Sequence record: MT446410.1
Reading direction: 5' to 3' (one strand)
Source: Escherichia virus TH38
Length of the DNA stretch: 64,000 nucleotides
Part shown: one piece after another, positions 8,581 through 18,507 of the stretch
How positions within the stretch are numbered: the stretch's first letter is position 1
How the letters are laid out: each line of letters opens with the position of its first letter
Notes under the pieces: generated by a model
Seen by the model: only the letters and a program-made list of their open reading frames with translations
What the model was told of the DNA's origin: nothing
Databases searched by the model: none
Position numbers and translations under genes: made by a program

Positions 8581-8657
8581 TATAGGAAGGTTTTAAAGTA
8601 TCAGATAAATTATGACCATAGGCATGACCACGGCACAATAAAGCAGAAATAGTAACC

Positions 8658-9035
8658 CTATGGATTTACACATTGACCGTTACCGGATTCAATTTCATTC
8701 ATGGACTCATCAAAGAGCGTTAACGATGAGCGCATCAAGTGATCAATCATGACTTGTTTACCGGTTGTTTCATTTACCAGTTGAACAGTTTTATCATATG
8801 ATTGCACATGATCGAAATCATTTACATGCAAAATAATAACTTTAGGTGACTTTTTACCGGTTTCATAGTTTTCTACAAGATAAGTACATTGCAAGCCGTC
8901 AACCGTAGCAGGGGAGAATGTTGCAGCCTTAACGCTACCCATAGCCGATAGGAGCACACCCAGCAGGAGAACGACAAGGAAGAAGCCCACGAATACTTTT
9001 ACTACAAATTTGATAATACCCATGATAATAATCAC
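8658..9035 (-). CDS. Hypothetical membrane-anchored early protein
   Basis: ORF with an N-terminal hydrophobic segment. Confidence 0.45.
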   Translation of the reverse strand: MIIIMGIIKFVVKVFVGFFLVVLLLGVLLSAMGSVKAATFSPATVDGLQCTYLVENYETGKKSPKVIILHVNDFDHVQSYDKTVQLVNETTGKQVMIDHLMRSSLTLFDESMNEIESGNGQCVNP

Positions 9036-9127
9036 CTATAGTTAGAGAATATAAGAATAAAGCATATCAGCGACGAATAACGCCACTGTAACAACGAACA
9101 AGCAACGCCAAAAATAATCATGAATCA

Positions 9128-9382
9128 CTAGTTGCTATCCTCGCCAAAAAATGCTACGCTAACCTGTTCCACTTCTTCCAGCGACAGAAGAATCCCGCGT
9201 TGGGCTAAATACTTCCCAATAGTGAGATAATCCTGTACTAAATAGACCGCAGGAAAGCTAATAGTTTTTATTTCACCCTTAGTTAGAAAGGACAAATAAG
9301 TGTAGTCGATTGACTCATCAAAGGAGAGCGTAACGCCACCGTAATTGTGCGTGTCAATCAGTGCGATTGTTTCATTACCCAT
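9128..9382 (-). CDS. Hypothetical protein (start adjusted to internal ATG coupled to the upstream stop)
   Basis: GGAGGTGG RBS and ATG overlapping the stop of the 9375-9638 ORF. Confidence 0.4.
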   Translation of the reverse strand: MGNETIALIDTHNYGGVTLSFDESIDYTYLSFLTKGEIKTISFPAVYLVQDYLTIGKYLAQRGILLSLEEVEQVSVAFFGEDSN

Positions 9383-9638
9383 TAGTGCCACCTCCAACAA
9401 GGCCATGATTGAGCAGGTTAGCCAGTGACAAGCCACCGTCAAAATATATAGAACGAAAATCATCACGGTTAATTTCAACGCCGATAGCAGATAGCCAATT
9501 TTTAGCCTGTTTAAAATCCATAACGCAGAAAGTAACAACAGGCAACGTTAACTGACCATGACGCAGATTAAACGTGATAGCGGTATCGCCAACAAAAACA
9601 GAATAGCCATTAGATAATCTAACTTCTTTGATAGCCAT
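9375..9638 (-). CDS. Hypothetical protein (87 aa)
   Basis: ORF. Confidence 0.4.
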   Translation of the reverse strand: MAIKEVRLSNGYSVFVGDTAITFNLRHGQLTLPVVTFCVMDFKQAKNWLSAIGVEINRDDFRSIYFDGGLSLANLLNHGLVGGGTNG

Positions 9639-9663
9639 TTTTACACTCCTGAAAATAGGTTAT

Positions 9664-10536
9664 TTACTTACTAGCCTTAATACAGTTGGCTAAATTAACG
9701 TGAACGGTATAAACAGCGTTATCAGCGTTATTGTAAACAGTTGTAGCAATCATCGACTCATTGATCGGGCCATAGCTCACTAGGTTGGTTACAGCTTTAA
9801 CGTCTTCGTAACGTTGTACAGTGCCAAATGTCACCATATCCGCATCGTTATCAGTACGCTTGAGAACTAGATCACTGTTAGGCTGATTATCTAACGTTTT
9901 AGATTGAAAGAGAACGCCATCATTTGTTACGTTGCTAAATTTCATCTTTAGCACGATATTATTGCTGTCACTATCCGCACCGTTGCAAATCATCCAACCC
10001 TTATTGATGGAACTAGAGAAGACACTAGCCGCATCAGTTGCAGGAGCAGGACTAGCGATAGCCTTATCAGAAAGAGATGTGACCAGTGCACTAACACCGA
10101 TAGCTGCAACCAGTGCATAACTTGCCAGATTAACAGACTTCATAATCTTACTTGCAACAGTAGGCTTGATTGGCTGTTTCTTGTTTTTCTTGTTCCATGC
10201 TTCAACCATGACAGACAAGCGGGATAATTCAGCTTTCACATCACGGCATGACTCAGGCCAATCTTTCTGATTCCAGCTATCCAAATTCGCTTGAATGTAA
10301 CAATTGATAGCGTCCTGCATATCGGTAAAACCGTTCTCTTTGAACGTGCTTTCATCTTCACACTGTAAAGCGTTCGCAGTAGAATTAATGATCAAGCAAG
10401 CCAGCATTACAGAGTTTTTGAATCCTTTACGTGCGCTTTCGTTTTCCATCCACGCATCAGGACTACCAACAGTTAAGCCTAAAGAGGAAAGACTTTCGTT
10501 TGCTTTGTTCAAGTGGTTAATTGCTACTTTAGACAT
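9664..10536 (-). CDS. Hypothetical early protein (290 aa) with a central hydrophobic segment
   Basis: ORF with AAGGAA RBS; first gene leftward of the divergent region. Confidence 0.5.
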   Translation of the reverse strand: MSKVAINHLNKANESLSSLGLTVGSPDAWMENESARKGFKNSVMLACLIINSTANALQCEDESTFKENGFTDMQDAINCYIQANLDSWNQKDWPESCRDVKAELSRLSVMVEAWNKKNKKQPIKPTVASKIMKSVNLASYALVAAIGVSALVTSLSDKAIASPAPATDAASVFSSSINKGWMICNGADSDSNNIVLKMKFSNVTNDGVLFQSKTLDNQPNSDLVLKRTDNDADMVTFGTVQRYEDVKAVTNLVSYGPINESMIATTVYNNADNAVYTVHVNLANCIKASK

Positions 10537-10580
10537 TTGATATTCCTTATGGTTGATGAAAACTACAAATTACAATCGCA

Positions 10581-10608
10581 ACTATATAATAAAGGAAAAA
10601 CCTGTCAA
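10581..10608 (-). promoter_or_regulatory. Sigma70-like promoter (TTGACA-16 bp-TATAGT), leftward
   Basis: Minus strand ttgacaggtttttcctttattatatagt about 40 bp upstream of the 10536 start. Confidence 0.5.
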
Positions 10609-10719
10609 CCATTTATTTTCTAACTTTCTTATAACTCACTGAAAACTAAAGGAATTTAATTTACTAAACTTTCCATACTCAGAGAATCAGCTTACTAGCT
10701 ATTGTTACTTTATAACACT

Positions 10720-11190
10720 AATCCTACGGGTGTTACGCTGGTGCTACGGGTAGCAGACCAACAGACCAGGGCAAACGGGGAACACACAACCGCAGAACAG
10801 ACCACGGGGAAACATAGCAAGATAGTGCGGTAATAATATACCACTTAAATAATTGTATAACTCAAACATCAAAGACGTTCGCTACGCTCACAAAGGCACG
10901 CTGAAAAAGAAAAGAATAAAAGAAACACAATCATCCACTTAATTAATACATATATCATTATTGCACTCATAATCATTACTATTGAAACTATTATCAACGT
11001 AACTATGGGGGAATGGGGTAGTAACTAGGGGTATTATTAGACCTGTTATTATCACGCCTTAACAGACCGTTATCAGAGTATAGCCTTTCTCTCACTCTCT
11101 AAAGGGGAACTAAATAAACGGGTAGCTAATGTATTGGGTAGTATACACGGGGAAATAATTACGGGGAGTAGGCACGGGGAAAAGTGGAAC
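10720..11190. repeat. Iteron-like short direct repeats (ACGGGGAA about 7 copies; CAGACCA 3 copies) in the divergent intergenic region
   Basis: Seen directly, e.g. aaacggggaacac, ccacggggaaacat, acacggggaaataattacggggagtaggcacggggaaaag. Confidence 0.5.
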
Positions 11191-11589
11191 GTTGAAAAGG
11201 AAGGTAAAGGCATTGCCAATAACCCTTTTTTAAATGAGGACTCCCCCCTTTTAGGAAACGCGCGGGAAGCGGCTAGCCCCATTCGGTCAAATTGAAATTT
11301 TAAACTGTTATATATAAGGTTGAAAGAGAACTTATGTGGAAAATTAAGTTAATCATTAAGCAATTTAAATGTGATCATGAGTACTATCGGATTCGTAAAG
11401 CTTACGGGGATGAAAGAGTTCACACCCTTTATAAGTCCACTTGGAGATGTAGTAAGTGTGGTAAGCTTAAACACAGCACATGGATGGATAGGTCTTAATG
11501 GAATGGATATTCTGGTTAGTAATAGTCTTCTGTTTATTCATCTGCTTCTCTATAGCAAGATGTATCAAGTATGATTAAGGAACATTAGT

Positions 11590-11725
11590 GACTGACTAAG
11601 CCTTAACATGACATGGCCTTTATGTGAGGGTGCCTTAACATGAAGTCCCCTTTACATCAGCGTACACGGGTTGCTAGTATGAGGATGCCTTTACGGGTTG
11701 GATATGACTAGCCCTTTATACTTTT
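11590..11725. repeat. Array of about 6 GCCTT(T/A)A-type repeats just upstream of the first rightward gene
   Basis: gccttaacatga occurs twice, plus gcctttatgtga, cccctttacatc, gcctttacgggt, gccctttatac. Confidence 0.45.
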
Positions 11726-11743
11726 ATTCAGAGGAGAAGAATT

Positions 11744-11998
11744 ATGAATTTAGTATTAGACTTTTTATCAGAGATGGTGCCTCGGTTCAGAACGGAGACA
11801 TACGCTTTCGTAATCAACAGTGACTCTGAAGATGGGATGGAAGCTACGTGCTTAGGTCGACTTGTTGACTTAGATGATGATGACGATTTCGATATTACAA
11901 TTGACGTGAGTAGCTTAGGTTGGCTCTTCTTCAGAGCATTCCGCACTTACAAAGTAGAAACATACAAAGATTATAGCAAGGGAGATACAAATGAATAA
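11744..11998 (+). CDS. Hypothetical acidic protein (84 aa)
   Basis: ORF with RBS. Confidence 0.45.
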   Translation: MNLVLDFLSEMVPRFRTETYAFVINSDSEDGMEATCLGRLVDLDDDDDFDITIDVSSLGWLFFRAFRTYKVETYKDYSKGDTNE

Positions 11999-12623
11999 TC
12001 CAATAATCGCAGTTAATATGGAAGGTGTTTATGGAGGTAGCTTCCCTTCTGGTTCTCCTTTCCACATTAAAGCAATGGACATAGTTGATTACAATTCACA
12101 GCTATGTCGTTCTGGTTGTAGCTTACAGCATTTAGAAACTATGGGAAATATTTCAGGACTAGCTGTACAAGATTTATATAGTGGAAGTATTCTTAAACCA
12201 AATATTACGGAGAACAAAAACATGTTAGATTTGATTCATACTACTCGCCCTGATTCTAAAACTAAAACACAACCATCTACTCTGGAAGTAATTGAATACG
12301 AATCTACTAAACATGATCACCTCCCTGACTATGCTCGTGCAATGATTGAGATGATTGAAGAAGCTGAATATGAAATGCTCCATGATTACATTACCTCCAA
12401 AGATGAATGGCATCGTGATGTTCGAATTGAAGAAGATGGTACAGAAACAATTACGTGGATTCACAAGAGTGAGTTAGTAGACGACGCACTGCGAGACTAC
12501 GAAAAATTTTTGGTCGACGGCTCTATTCTTTTAGAGGAAGAGAAGGGTGCAGACCTTCCGTGGGAAGGTGAGACGATTGCTCTTGGTAAGACGTTTAACC
12601 TGTCCATTGGTGATTGTAAGTAA
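11991..12623 (+). CDS. Hypothetical protein (210 aa)
   Basis: ORF with AGGGAG RBS. Confidence 0.5.
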   Translation: MNNPIIAVNMEGVYGGSFPSGSPFHIKAMDIVDYNSQLCRSGCSLQHLETMGNISGLAVQDLYSGSILKPNITENKNMLDLIHTTRPDSKTKTQPSTLEVIEYESTKHDHLPDYARAMIEMIEEAEYEMLHDYITSKDEWHRDVRIEEDGTETITWIHKSELVDDALRDYEKFLVDGSILLEEEKGADLPWEGETIALGKTFNLSIGDCK

Positions 12624-12628
12624 TATTT

Positions 12629-12650
12629 GCCTCCGTTGGGAGGCTTTTTG
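12629..12650 (+). terminator. Rho-independent terminator
   Basis: gcctccgttgggaggc followed by ttttt. Confidence 0.6.
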
Positions 12651-12679
12651 TGTTGTTGATAATGTAGAAGGAGTATAAA

Positions 12680-13153
12680 ATGTTTGGAGAAAACGGAGAA
12701 CTCACGCCTGCACAGGTAGCTGAGATTACAGGAAGATTACCCGGAGTAACGGAAGAACTTGAAGGACGTGGTATGAACCCAAGCAATGGGAAGTTTCAAA
12801 AGGGAAATAAATTCGGACGACCCAGAGGTAGTAGAGGTAAACTGACACAATTAATGTTGGACCGTGTTGCTGCAAGTCATTTGTCTCCTGATGAAGTGTT
12901 AATTCAAATTTACGAAGATCCTAATATTCCACCTGATCTTAGATTCAAGGCTGCATCAAAAGTTGCAGATCTGGTATATCCTAAGGCGGCCTCTGTTGAA
13001 GTTAAGATTGAGGAAGAGAATGTAATCAACGAAGAATCATTGAATGCACAAATCAAGGACTTCTTGACTGGAGCACTTGGTATCGACGTTATGCCTCCAG
13101 AAGAAGACAACTCTGAAGAAAATGAAACGAACAGTCAAGATGAGCAGGTTTAA
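12680..13153 (+). CDS. Putative terminase small subunit (by position; N-terminal HTH-like, acidic C-terminus)
   Basis: Immediately upstream of the large terminase; GAAGGAG RBS. Confidence 0.4.
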   Translation: MFGENGELTPAQVAEITGRLPGVTEELEGRGMNPSNGKFQKGNKFGRPRGSRGKLTQLMLDRVAASHLSPDEVLIQIYEDPNIPPDLRFKAASKVADLVYPKAASVEVKIEEENVINEESLNAQIKDFLTGALGIDVMPPEEDNSEENETNSQDEQV

Positions 13154-13289
13154 GGAATCCTCTCGTTAAACTAACAAACCTTAGAAGTGATAGAGGAGAT
13201 TTCATTTATTCAAGAGTTAATTAAAGGAAAGAAGGGGAGGTTCTTTGACGAAGGGACTTTCCCTTTTCTATTTTTAAACTGGAGGAAGT

Positions 13290-14831
13290 ATGTCATTAGA
13301 TAAACAAATTTATGAAGCTCTAACTGGTAACAACCTTAGTGTAGAGGAAAAGAAAGCACTATTGAATATGTTGAAAGAGCGTGACCAATGGAGGAAGTAT
13401 AATAGGATTTTGTCTTTCAAGGCGTATGACTTCCAAAAGAAATTTTATGCAGCAGGATTGAAGCATCGCTTTAGATTCTTGTGTGCAGCGAACCGTGTTG
13501 GTAAATCTTATAGTGAGGCATACGAGTTTGCTTGTCATGTCACAGGTCGCTACCCAACTTGGTGGACAGGATATAAATTTAAAAGACCTATCTTAGCATG
13601 GGCAGTTGGTATTACAGGGGATTCCACAAGGAAAGTATTGCAAAAGGAATTGTTTGGTACACCTATCGGAAAGGATACAAATTTATTGGGGACAGGTGTC
13701 ATTCCTCGTGATGCTATCGTCATTGACACGATAGAACGAGATGGTAACAAACTTCAAATCGTACAAATCAAACATCAAAACGAAAGAGGAGAGTTTGACG
13801 GTTTAAGTACATTAGAATTCCGTTCAACCCAACAGGGTGAACACACATTGATGGGTGCAACAGTTGACTACATTTGGTTAGACGAAGAAGATCCATACGA
13901 GTCTATGGCTATATTCGCACAGTGCGTCACACGTACACTCACAACTAAAGGTCTAGTTACAATTACAGCTACACCAGAGAACGGTTTAACTGAACTGGTA
14001 GATAAATTTATGAAAGGTGAAGGGGATGAGAACACAGGTTCTCTATATTTCCAGAATGCTTCTTGGTGGGATGCTCATGCAGACCTAGGTGGACATATCA
14101 CTGACCAAGATATAAAAGATATGACTGAAGGTATTCCAGCGTGGCAGTTAGAGATGCGTTCGAAAGGTATGCCATTGTTAGGAAGTGGTTTGATTTATGA
14201 TGTATCGGATGACACAATTAAATGTGAACCATTCGAAATTCCTGATACGTGGAAACGTGTCTGTGCAATTGATATTGGTATTGATCACCCAACTGCTGCT
14301 GTTTGGACAGCTTACGACGCAAACACGGATACTATCTATGTTTACGACTCATATAAAGAAGGTGGCTTTACTCCAGTGTATCATGCCCCAGCTATTAATG
14401 GTCGTGGTCAGTGGATTCCTGTCATCCTACCGCACGATGCGGACAATATTGAGAAAGGTAGTGGCTCATCTGTTGCTCAATTCTATAAGAATGCAGGAGT
14501 TAACGTGCAGAGTGAGACCTTCTACAACAAAATTGGAATGGATGGTAAAAAGAACTTCTTTGTAGAACCGGGAATCACAGATATCCGAGAAAGAATGATG
14601 AGTGGACGCTTTAAAATCTTTAACACAGCCGCTAACGCTAAGCTATTCGAAGAGAAAGCTAGATATCACCGTAAGGTTGGTAAGATTATTAAAGAACATG
14701 ATGACTTAATGGATGCAATGCGCTATTCAGCGTGCTCTGTTACACATCGTGGTCGCTCTAAACATGACGTTAGCTACGGAAGTGCTTCTCTGTATGAGGC
14801 AAACGTAAGCAGATGGAATCAGAGTTACTAA
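13290..14831 (+). CDS. Terminase large subunit
   Basis: 513 aa; Walker A-like AANRVGKS, Walker B-like DYIWLDEED, C-terminal nuclease-like region. Confidence 0.75.
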   Translation: MSLDKQIYEALTGNNLSVEEKKALLNMLKERDQWRKYNRILSFKAYDFQKKFYAAGLKHRFRFLCAANRVGKSYSEAYEFACHVTGRYPTWWTGYKFKRPILAWAVGITGDSTRKVLQKELFGTPIGKDTNLLGTGVIPRDAIVIDTIERDGNKLQIVQIKHQNERGEFDGLSTLEFRSTQQGEHTLMGATVDYIWLDEEDPYESMAIFAQCVTRTLTTKGLVTITATPENGLTELVDKFMKGEGDENTGSLYFQNASWWDAHADLGGHITDQDIKDMTEGIPAWQLEMRSKGMPLLGSGLIYDVSDDTIKCEPFEIPDTWKRVCAIDIGIDHPTAAVWTAYDANTDTIYVYDSYKEGGFTPVYHAPAINGRGQWIPVILPHDADNIEKGSGSSVAQFYKNAGVNVQSETFYNKIGMDGKKNFFVEPGITDIRERMMSGRFKIFNTAANAKLFEEKARYHRKVGKIIKEHDDLMDAMRYSACSVTHRGRSKHDVSYGSASLYEANVSRWNQSY

Positions 14832-14835
14832 AGTA

Positions 14836-14866
14836 AGGGGGAGGTTTGTCCTCCCTTCTTTTATTT
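14836..14866 (+). terminator. Hairpin plus T-run (possible terminator or attenuator)
   Basis: gggaggtttgtcctccc then cttcttttatt. Confidence 0.45.
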
Positions 14867-14892
14867 AAGCTATCAACCGAGGGAGAGAATCG

Positions 14893-17136
14893 ATGGCTAA
14901 GCAAAAATATAGTGAAGAGGTGTTGGACGAGTTACGTGTTGACCTTCAACGTCGTTTTAATTATGCTCAAGGCTACGTGGACATGGCTGTTAAGGGCTAT
15001 GCTCGTGAAGCTTGGGAATATTTCTATGGTAACTTACCTGCACCAGTAACTGCTGGCAGCTCTAGTTGGGTAGATCGTACTGTTTGGGAATCTGTTAACG
15101 GTACATTGCAAGATATTATTAACGTATTCTGTTCTGGTGATGAAGCAGTTACTTTCGTAGCTGACAACCAACAGGATTCTGATGCTGCTGATGTAGCAAC
15201 TAAATTAGTTAACCAAATTCTTCTGCGTGATAATCCGGGATACAATATTATCTCTTCTGCTGCACAAGAATGTCTGGTTACTCGTAACTCTTTTATCAAG
15301 TATTATTGGGATGAGCAAACTTCTACTCAAACTGAAGAGGCTGAAGGTGTACCACCGGAAGCATTGGCTGCATATGTTCAGGGATTAGAAGCTGGTGGAC
15401 TCAAGAATCTGGAAATCTTCACTGAAGAAAATGAAGATGGTACAGTAGATGTTAAAGTTACTTACGAACAAACTGTTAAACGTGTGAAAGTTGAATATGT
15501 TCCTTCAGAGCAAATCTTTGTTGATGAACATGCTACCTCTTTCGCAGATGCACAATATTTCTGTCATCGTGTACGTCGCTCTAAAGAAGATCTGGTTGCT
15601 ATGGGCTTCCCTAAAGATGAGATTGAAGCATTCAACGACTGGACAGACACGATGGATACCACTCAATCTACAGTTGCTTGGTCTCGTACTGACTGGCGTC
15701 AGGATATTGATGCTGATATTGGTACAGATACCGAAGATATCGCTTCTATGGTTTGGGTTTATGAGCACTATATTCGTACTGGTGTTCTAGATAAGAATAA
15801 AGAGTCTAAACTCTATCAGGTTATTCAAGCTGGTGAGCATATCCTTCACACTGAAGAAGTAACTCACATTCCGTTTGTAACCTTCTGTCCGTATCCGATT
15901 CCGGGTTCCTTCTATGGTCAATCGGTCTATGACATTACGAAAGATATTCAAGATTTACGTACCGCGTTAGTTCGTGGTTATATTGATAACGTCAACAATG
16001 CTAACTATGGTCGATACAAAGCTCTTGTTGGTGCATACGACCGTCGCTCTCTGCTTGATAACCGTCCCGGTGGAGTGGTTGAAATGGAACGTCAGGACGC
16101 TATTGACCTGTTCCCATACCATAACCTACCTCAAGGTATTGACGGCCTTCTAGGCATGTCTGAGGAGCTTAAAGAGACACGTACCGGTGTAACCAAACTA
16201 GGCATGGGTATCAACCCTGATGTGTTTAAGAATGATAACGCTTATGCAACCGTAGGCTTGATGATGAATGCTGCACAGAACCGCCTCCGTATGGTATGTC
16301 GTAACATTGCTCACAACGGTATGGTTGAACTGATGCGTGGTATTTACAATCTTATCAGAGAAAATGGTGAAGTTCCTATTGAGGTACAAACCCCTCGTGG
16401 TATGATTCAGGTAAATCCAAAACAATTACCAGCTCGTCACAACCTCCAAGTTGTTGTAGCTATCTCTCCTAATGAGAAAGCAGAACGTGCACAGAAACTG
16501 ATTAGCTTGAAACAGCTGATTGCAGCAGATGCACAGTTAGCACCCCTCTTTGGTTTGGAGCAAGACCGTTACATGACTGCACAGATCTTTGAGTTGATGG
16601 GTATTAAAGATACACATAAATACCTTCTGCCTCTGGAACAGTATCAGCCTCCAGAACCTTCTCCGATGGAAATCCTCCAGCTCGAGATGACTAAAGCTCA
16701 GGTTGAGAACGTACAGGCTTCTTCTCAGAAGATGATTGCTGATGCATTCGACCAACGTGAACGTACTACATTCGAACAGCAGAAAGCTGCGGATGAATTA
16801 AGTCTGCGTCAGGAAGAGTTGCAGTTCAAGCAAGAAAATGCAGCAGATGCAATGACTCTGGAAAACCGTAAAGAAGATAACAATGCTACTCTGGAACAAG
16901 CTAAGCACAAGTTAGCTCTTATGCAACAGCAGGTCCGTCAGTATGAATCTGTACTGAAAGAATTGCAGATGGTTATGTCTCATCAGGTAGACCAAGAGAA
17001 GATTGTTCAGCAAGCTCGTGTTCAGGACAAAACTTTGGAACTCCAAAAGAAAGAAGCTAATGTAACTAAGAAAGAGCAACAAGCTTCTCTCAAAGATTCA
17101 CGGATTCCAGGCAAACGTCTTGGAAGTAAAAAGTAA
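14893..17136 (+). CDS. Portal (head-tail connector) protein with C-terminal coiled coil
   Basis: 747 aa, directly after the large terminase. Confidence 0.7.
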   Translation: MAKQKYSEEVLDELRVDLQRRFNYAQGYVDMAVKGYAREAWEYFYGNLPAPVTAGSSSWVDRTVWESVNGTLQDIINVFCSGDEAVTFVADNQQDSDAADVATKLVNQILLRDNPGYNIISSAAQECLVTRNSFIKYYWDEQTSTQTEEAEGVPPEALAAYVQGLEAGGLKNLEIFTEENEDGTVDVKVTYEQTVKRVKVEYVPSEQIFVDEHATSFADAQYFCHRVRRSKEDLVAMGFPKDEIEAFNDWTDTMDTTQSTVAWSRTDWRQDIDADIGTDTEDIASMVWVYEHYIRTGVLDKNKESKLYQVIQAGEHILHTEEVTHIPFVTFCPYPIPGSFYGQSVYDITKDIQDLRTALVRGYIDNVNNANYGRYKALVGAYDRRSLLDNRPGGVVEMERQDAIDLFPYHNLPQGIDGLLGMSEELKETRTGVTKLGMGINPDVFKNDNAYATVGLMMNAAQNRLRMVCRNIAHNGMVELMRGIYNLIRENGEVPIEVQTPRGMIQVNPKQLPARHNLQVVVAISPNEKAERAQKLISLKQLIAADAQLAPLFGLEQDRYMTAQIFELMGIKDTHKYLLPLEQYQPPEPSPMEILQLEMTKAQVENVQASSQKMIADAFDQRERTTFEQQKAADELSLRQEELQFKQENAADAMTLENRKEDNNATLEQAKHKLALMQQQVRQYESVLKELQMVMSHQVDQEKIVQQARVQDKTLELQKKEANVTKKEQQASLKDSRIPGKRLGSKK

Positions 17137-17145
17137 GGACGTCGA

Positions 17146-17382
17146 ATGAACATTAGGCATCAATTCAATAAAGAGCACGCCGCCGCTTTGGCGGCTCTCA
17201 ATCTTAACGGCAGTCTTGACGCAGCATTAGAGGCATTGAAAGAAAGACTCATGACAGAGATAGTTCAAACCGAACCTCATGAGAATAAGAAACGCGAAGA
17301 TTGTTATCAAAAGTATAAAATGGTGGGTAGCTTAAAAGAGGTCATAAAAGCTGCTATCAATAGTGCAGGAGATGTTTCATAA
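17146..17382 (+). CDS. Hypothetical protein (78 aa)
   Basis: ORF. Confidence 0.4.
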   Translation: MNIRHQFNKEHAAALAALNLNGSLDAALEALKERLMTEIVQTEPHENKKREDCYQKYKMVGSLKEVIKAAINSAGDVS

Positions 17383-18467
17383 TGCCACAAGATAATTATA
17401 TTGACCCGAACGATTTTAAATCTTTCCTCCAACTGGATGACCTGAAAGGTTCTTTCAAAGAAGAACTCGGTCGATTAGAATCTGAACAAGAACCAGAAGT
17501 GGACATTGACGATGAGTTCCCGGAAAAAGACGGTGACGATTTCGACTTTGATACCGACCTTCTCGGTGAAAGCGATGAGCTTAAGTTCGAAGATGAAGAT
17601 GGTTGGGAAGATCATGAAGAGGAAGGCGAAGTCGAAGAAGATGAGGAAGAATTTGATGAATCAGACGAAAGCTCTGAAGCAGATGAGGACGACTCAAGCG
17701 ATGCAGGATATGAAGATGATTCTGCTGACGGTGAAGGTGAAGTCTTTGATGTAGACTACGAAACCGTTATCACCCTTCCTGATGGACGTGAGATGACTAT
17801 TGAAGAACTTTCTAATGGCTATCTTACTGGTGCTGATATGACAGAACGAGAATCAACTCTTCAGCGTCATATGGAAGCATTCGAGGAACGTGTAGTAGGT
17901 TTGAAGGATGTATTAGAACTAGCGTCTTTAGAAGCAGACCGAGTAATTGAAGATTATAACGGTTTTGATTGGGACAAGCTTGCAGTAGAAGATCCTCAAG
18001 CGTATGTTGAAAACAAACGTTTCCTAGAGAAGTACACAGCTCGCCGTCAACAGCTTGAACAGGCTCAGATGCGTGTTAAGCAGGAAGCAGCAGCTAAAGA
18101 GCAGGAAGCTTTCCAAGCCAAGAGCATTGAATGTGTTAATATTCTGAAACGTGAGATTCCAAATTGGGATGAAAACTTATATCAAAACTTAATGCAATAC
18201 GCAATTGACTTAGGTGCTACTGAAGAAGAAGTATTGAAGGAAAACCGTCCGTCTATTTTCCTAGCTCTCCATAAAGCATACCAATTTGATAAAGGTAAGC
18301 AACAGGTGATGGCTAAGATTAAACGTCCCGGTGCTCCACGCAAGGTTGTGAAGTCTGATGCTGCAAAGTCTCGCACTTCCAATAAGCCCGACAACGCTAA
18401 GGTTGCCAAGGCATTCGCAGAGGGTCGCGTTAGTCACGAAGATGCATTCAAATTCCTCGTAGATTAA
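17382..18467 (+). CDS. Scaffolding protein
   Basis: 361 aa, very acidic N-terminal half, coiled-coil-like, between portal and capsid. Confidence 0.6.
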   Translation: MPQDNYIDPNDFKSFLQLDDLKGSFKEELGRLESEQEPEVDIDDEFPEKDGDDFDFDTDLLGESDELKFEDEDGWEDHEEEGEVEEDEEEFDESDESSEADEDDSSDAGYEDDSADGEGEVFDVDYETVITLPDGREMTIEELSNGYLTGADMTERESTLQRHMEAFEERVVGLKDVLELASLEADRVIEDYNGFDWDKLAVEDPQAYVENKRFLEKYTARRQQLEQAQMRVKQEAAAKEQEAFQAKSIECVNILKREIPNWDENLYQNLMQYAIDLGATEEEVLKENRPSIFLALHKAYQFDKGKQQVMAKIKRPGAPRKVVKSDAAKSRTSNKPDNAKVAKAFAEGRVSHEDAFKFLVD

Positions 18468-18507
18468 TCGACAAATTAATTATTAATAGTATAGGAGCTA
18501 ACATAAC

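Noticed and set aside
10720-11725. CRISPR array interpretation of the short repeats
   Set aside because: Repeats are 7-12 bp with irregular spacing, not 25-40-bp repeats with uniform spacers.
13245-13275. Terminator between the small and large terminase genes
   Set aside because: Only a 5-bp stem (aaggg/ccctt) with a 5-nt loop; too weak to call.
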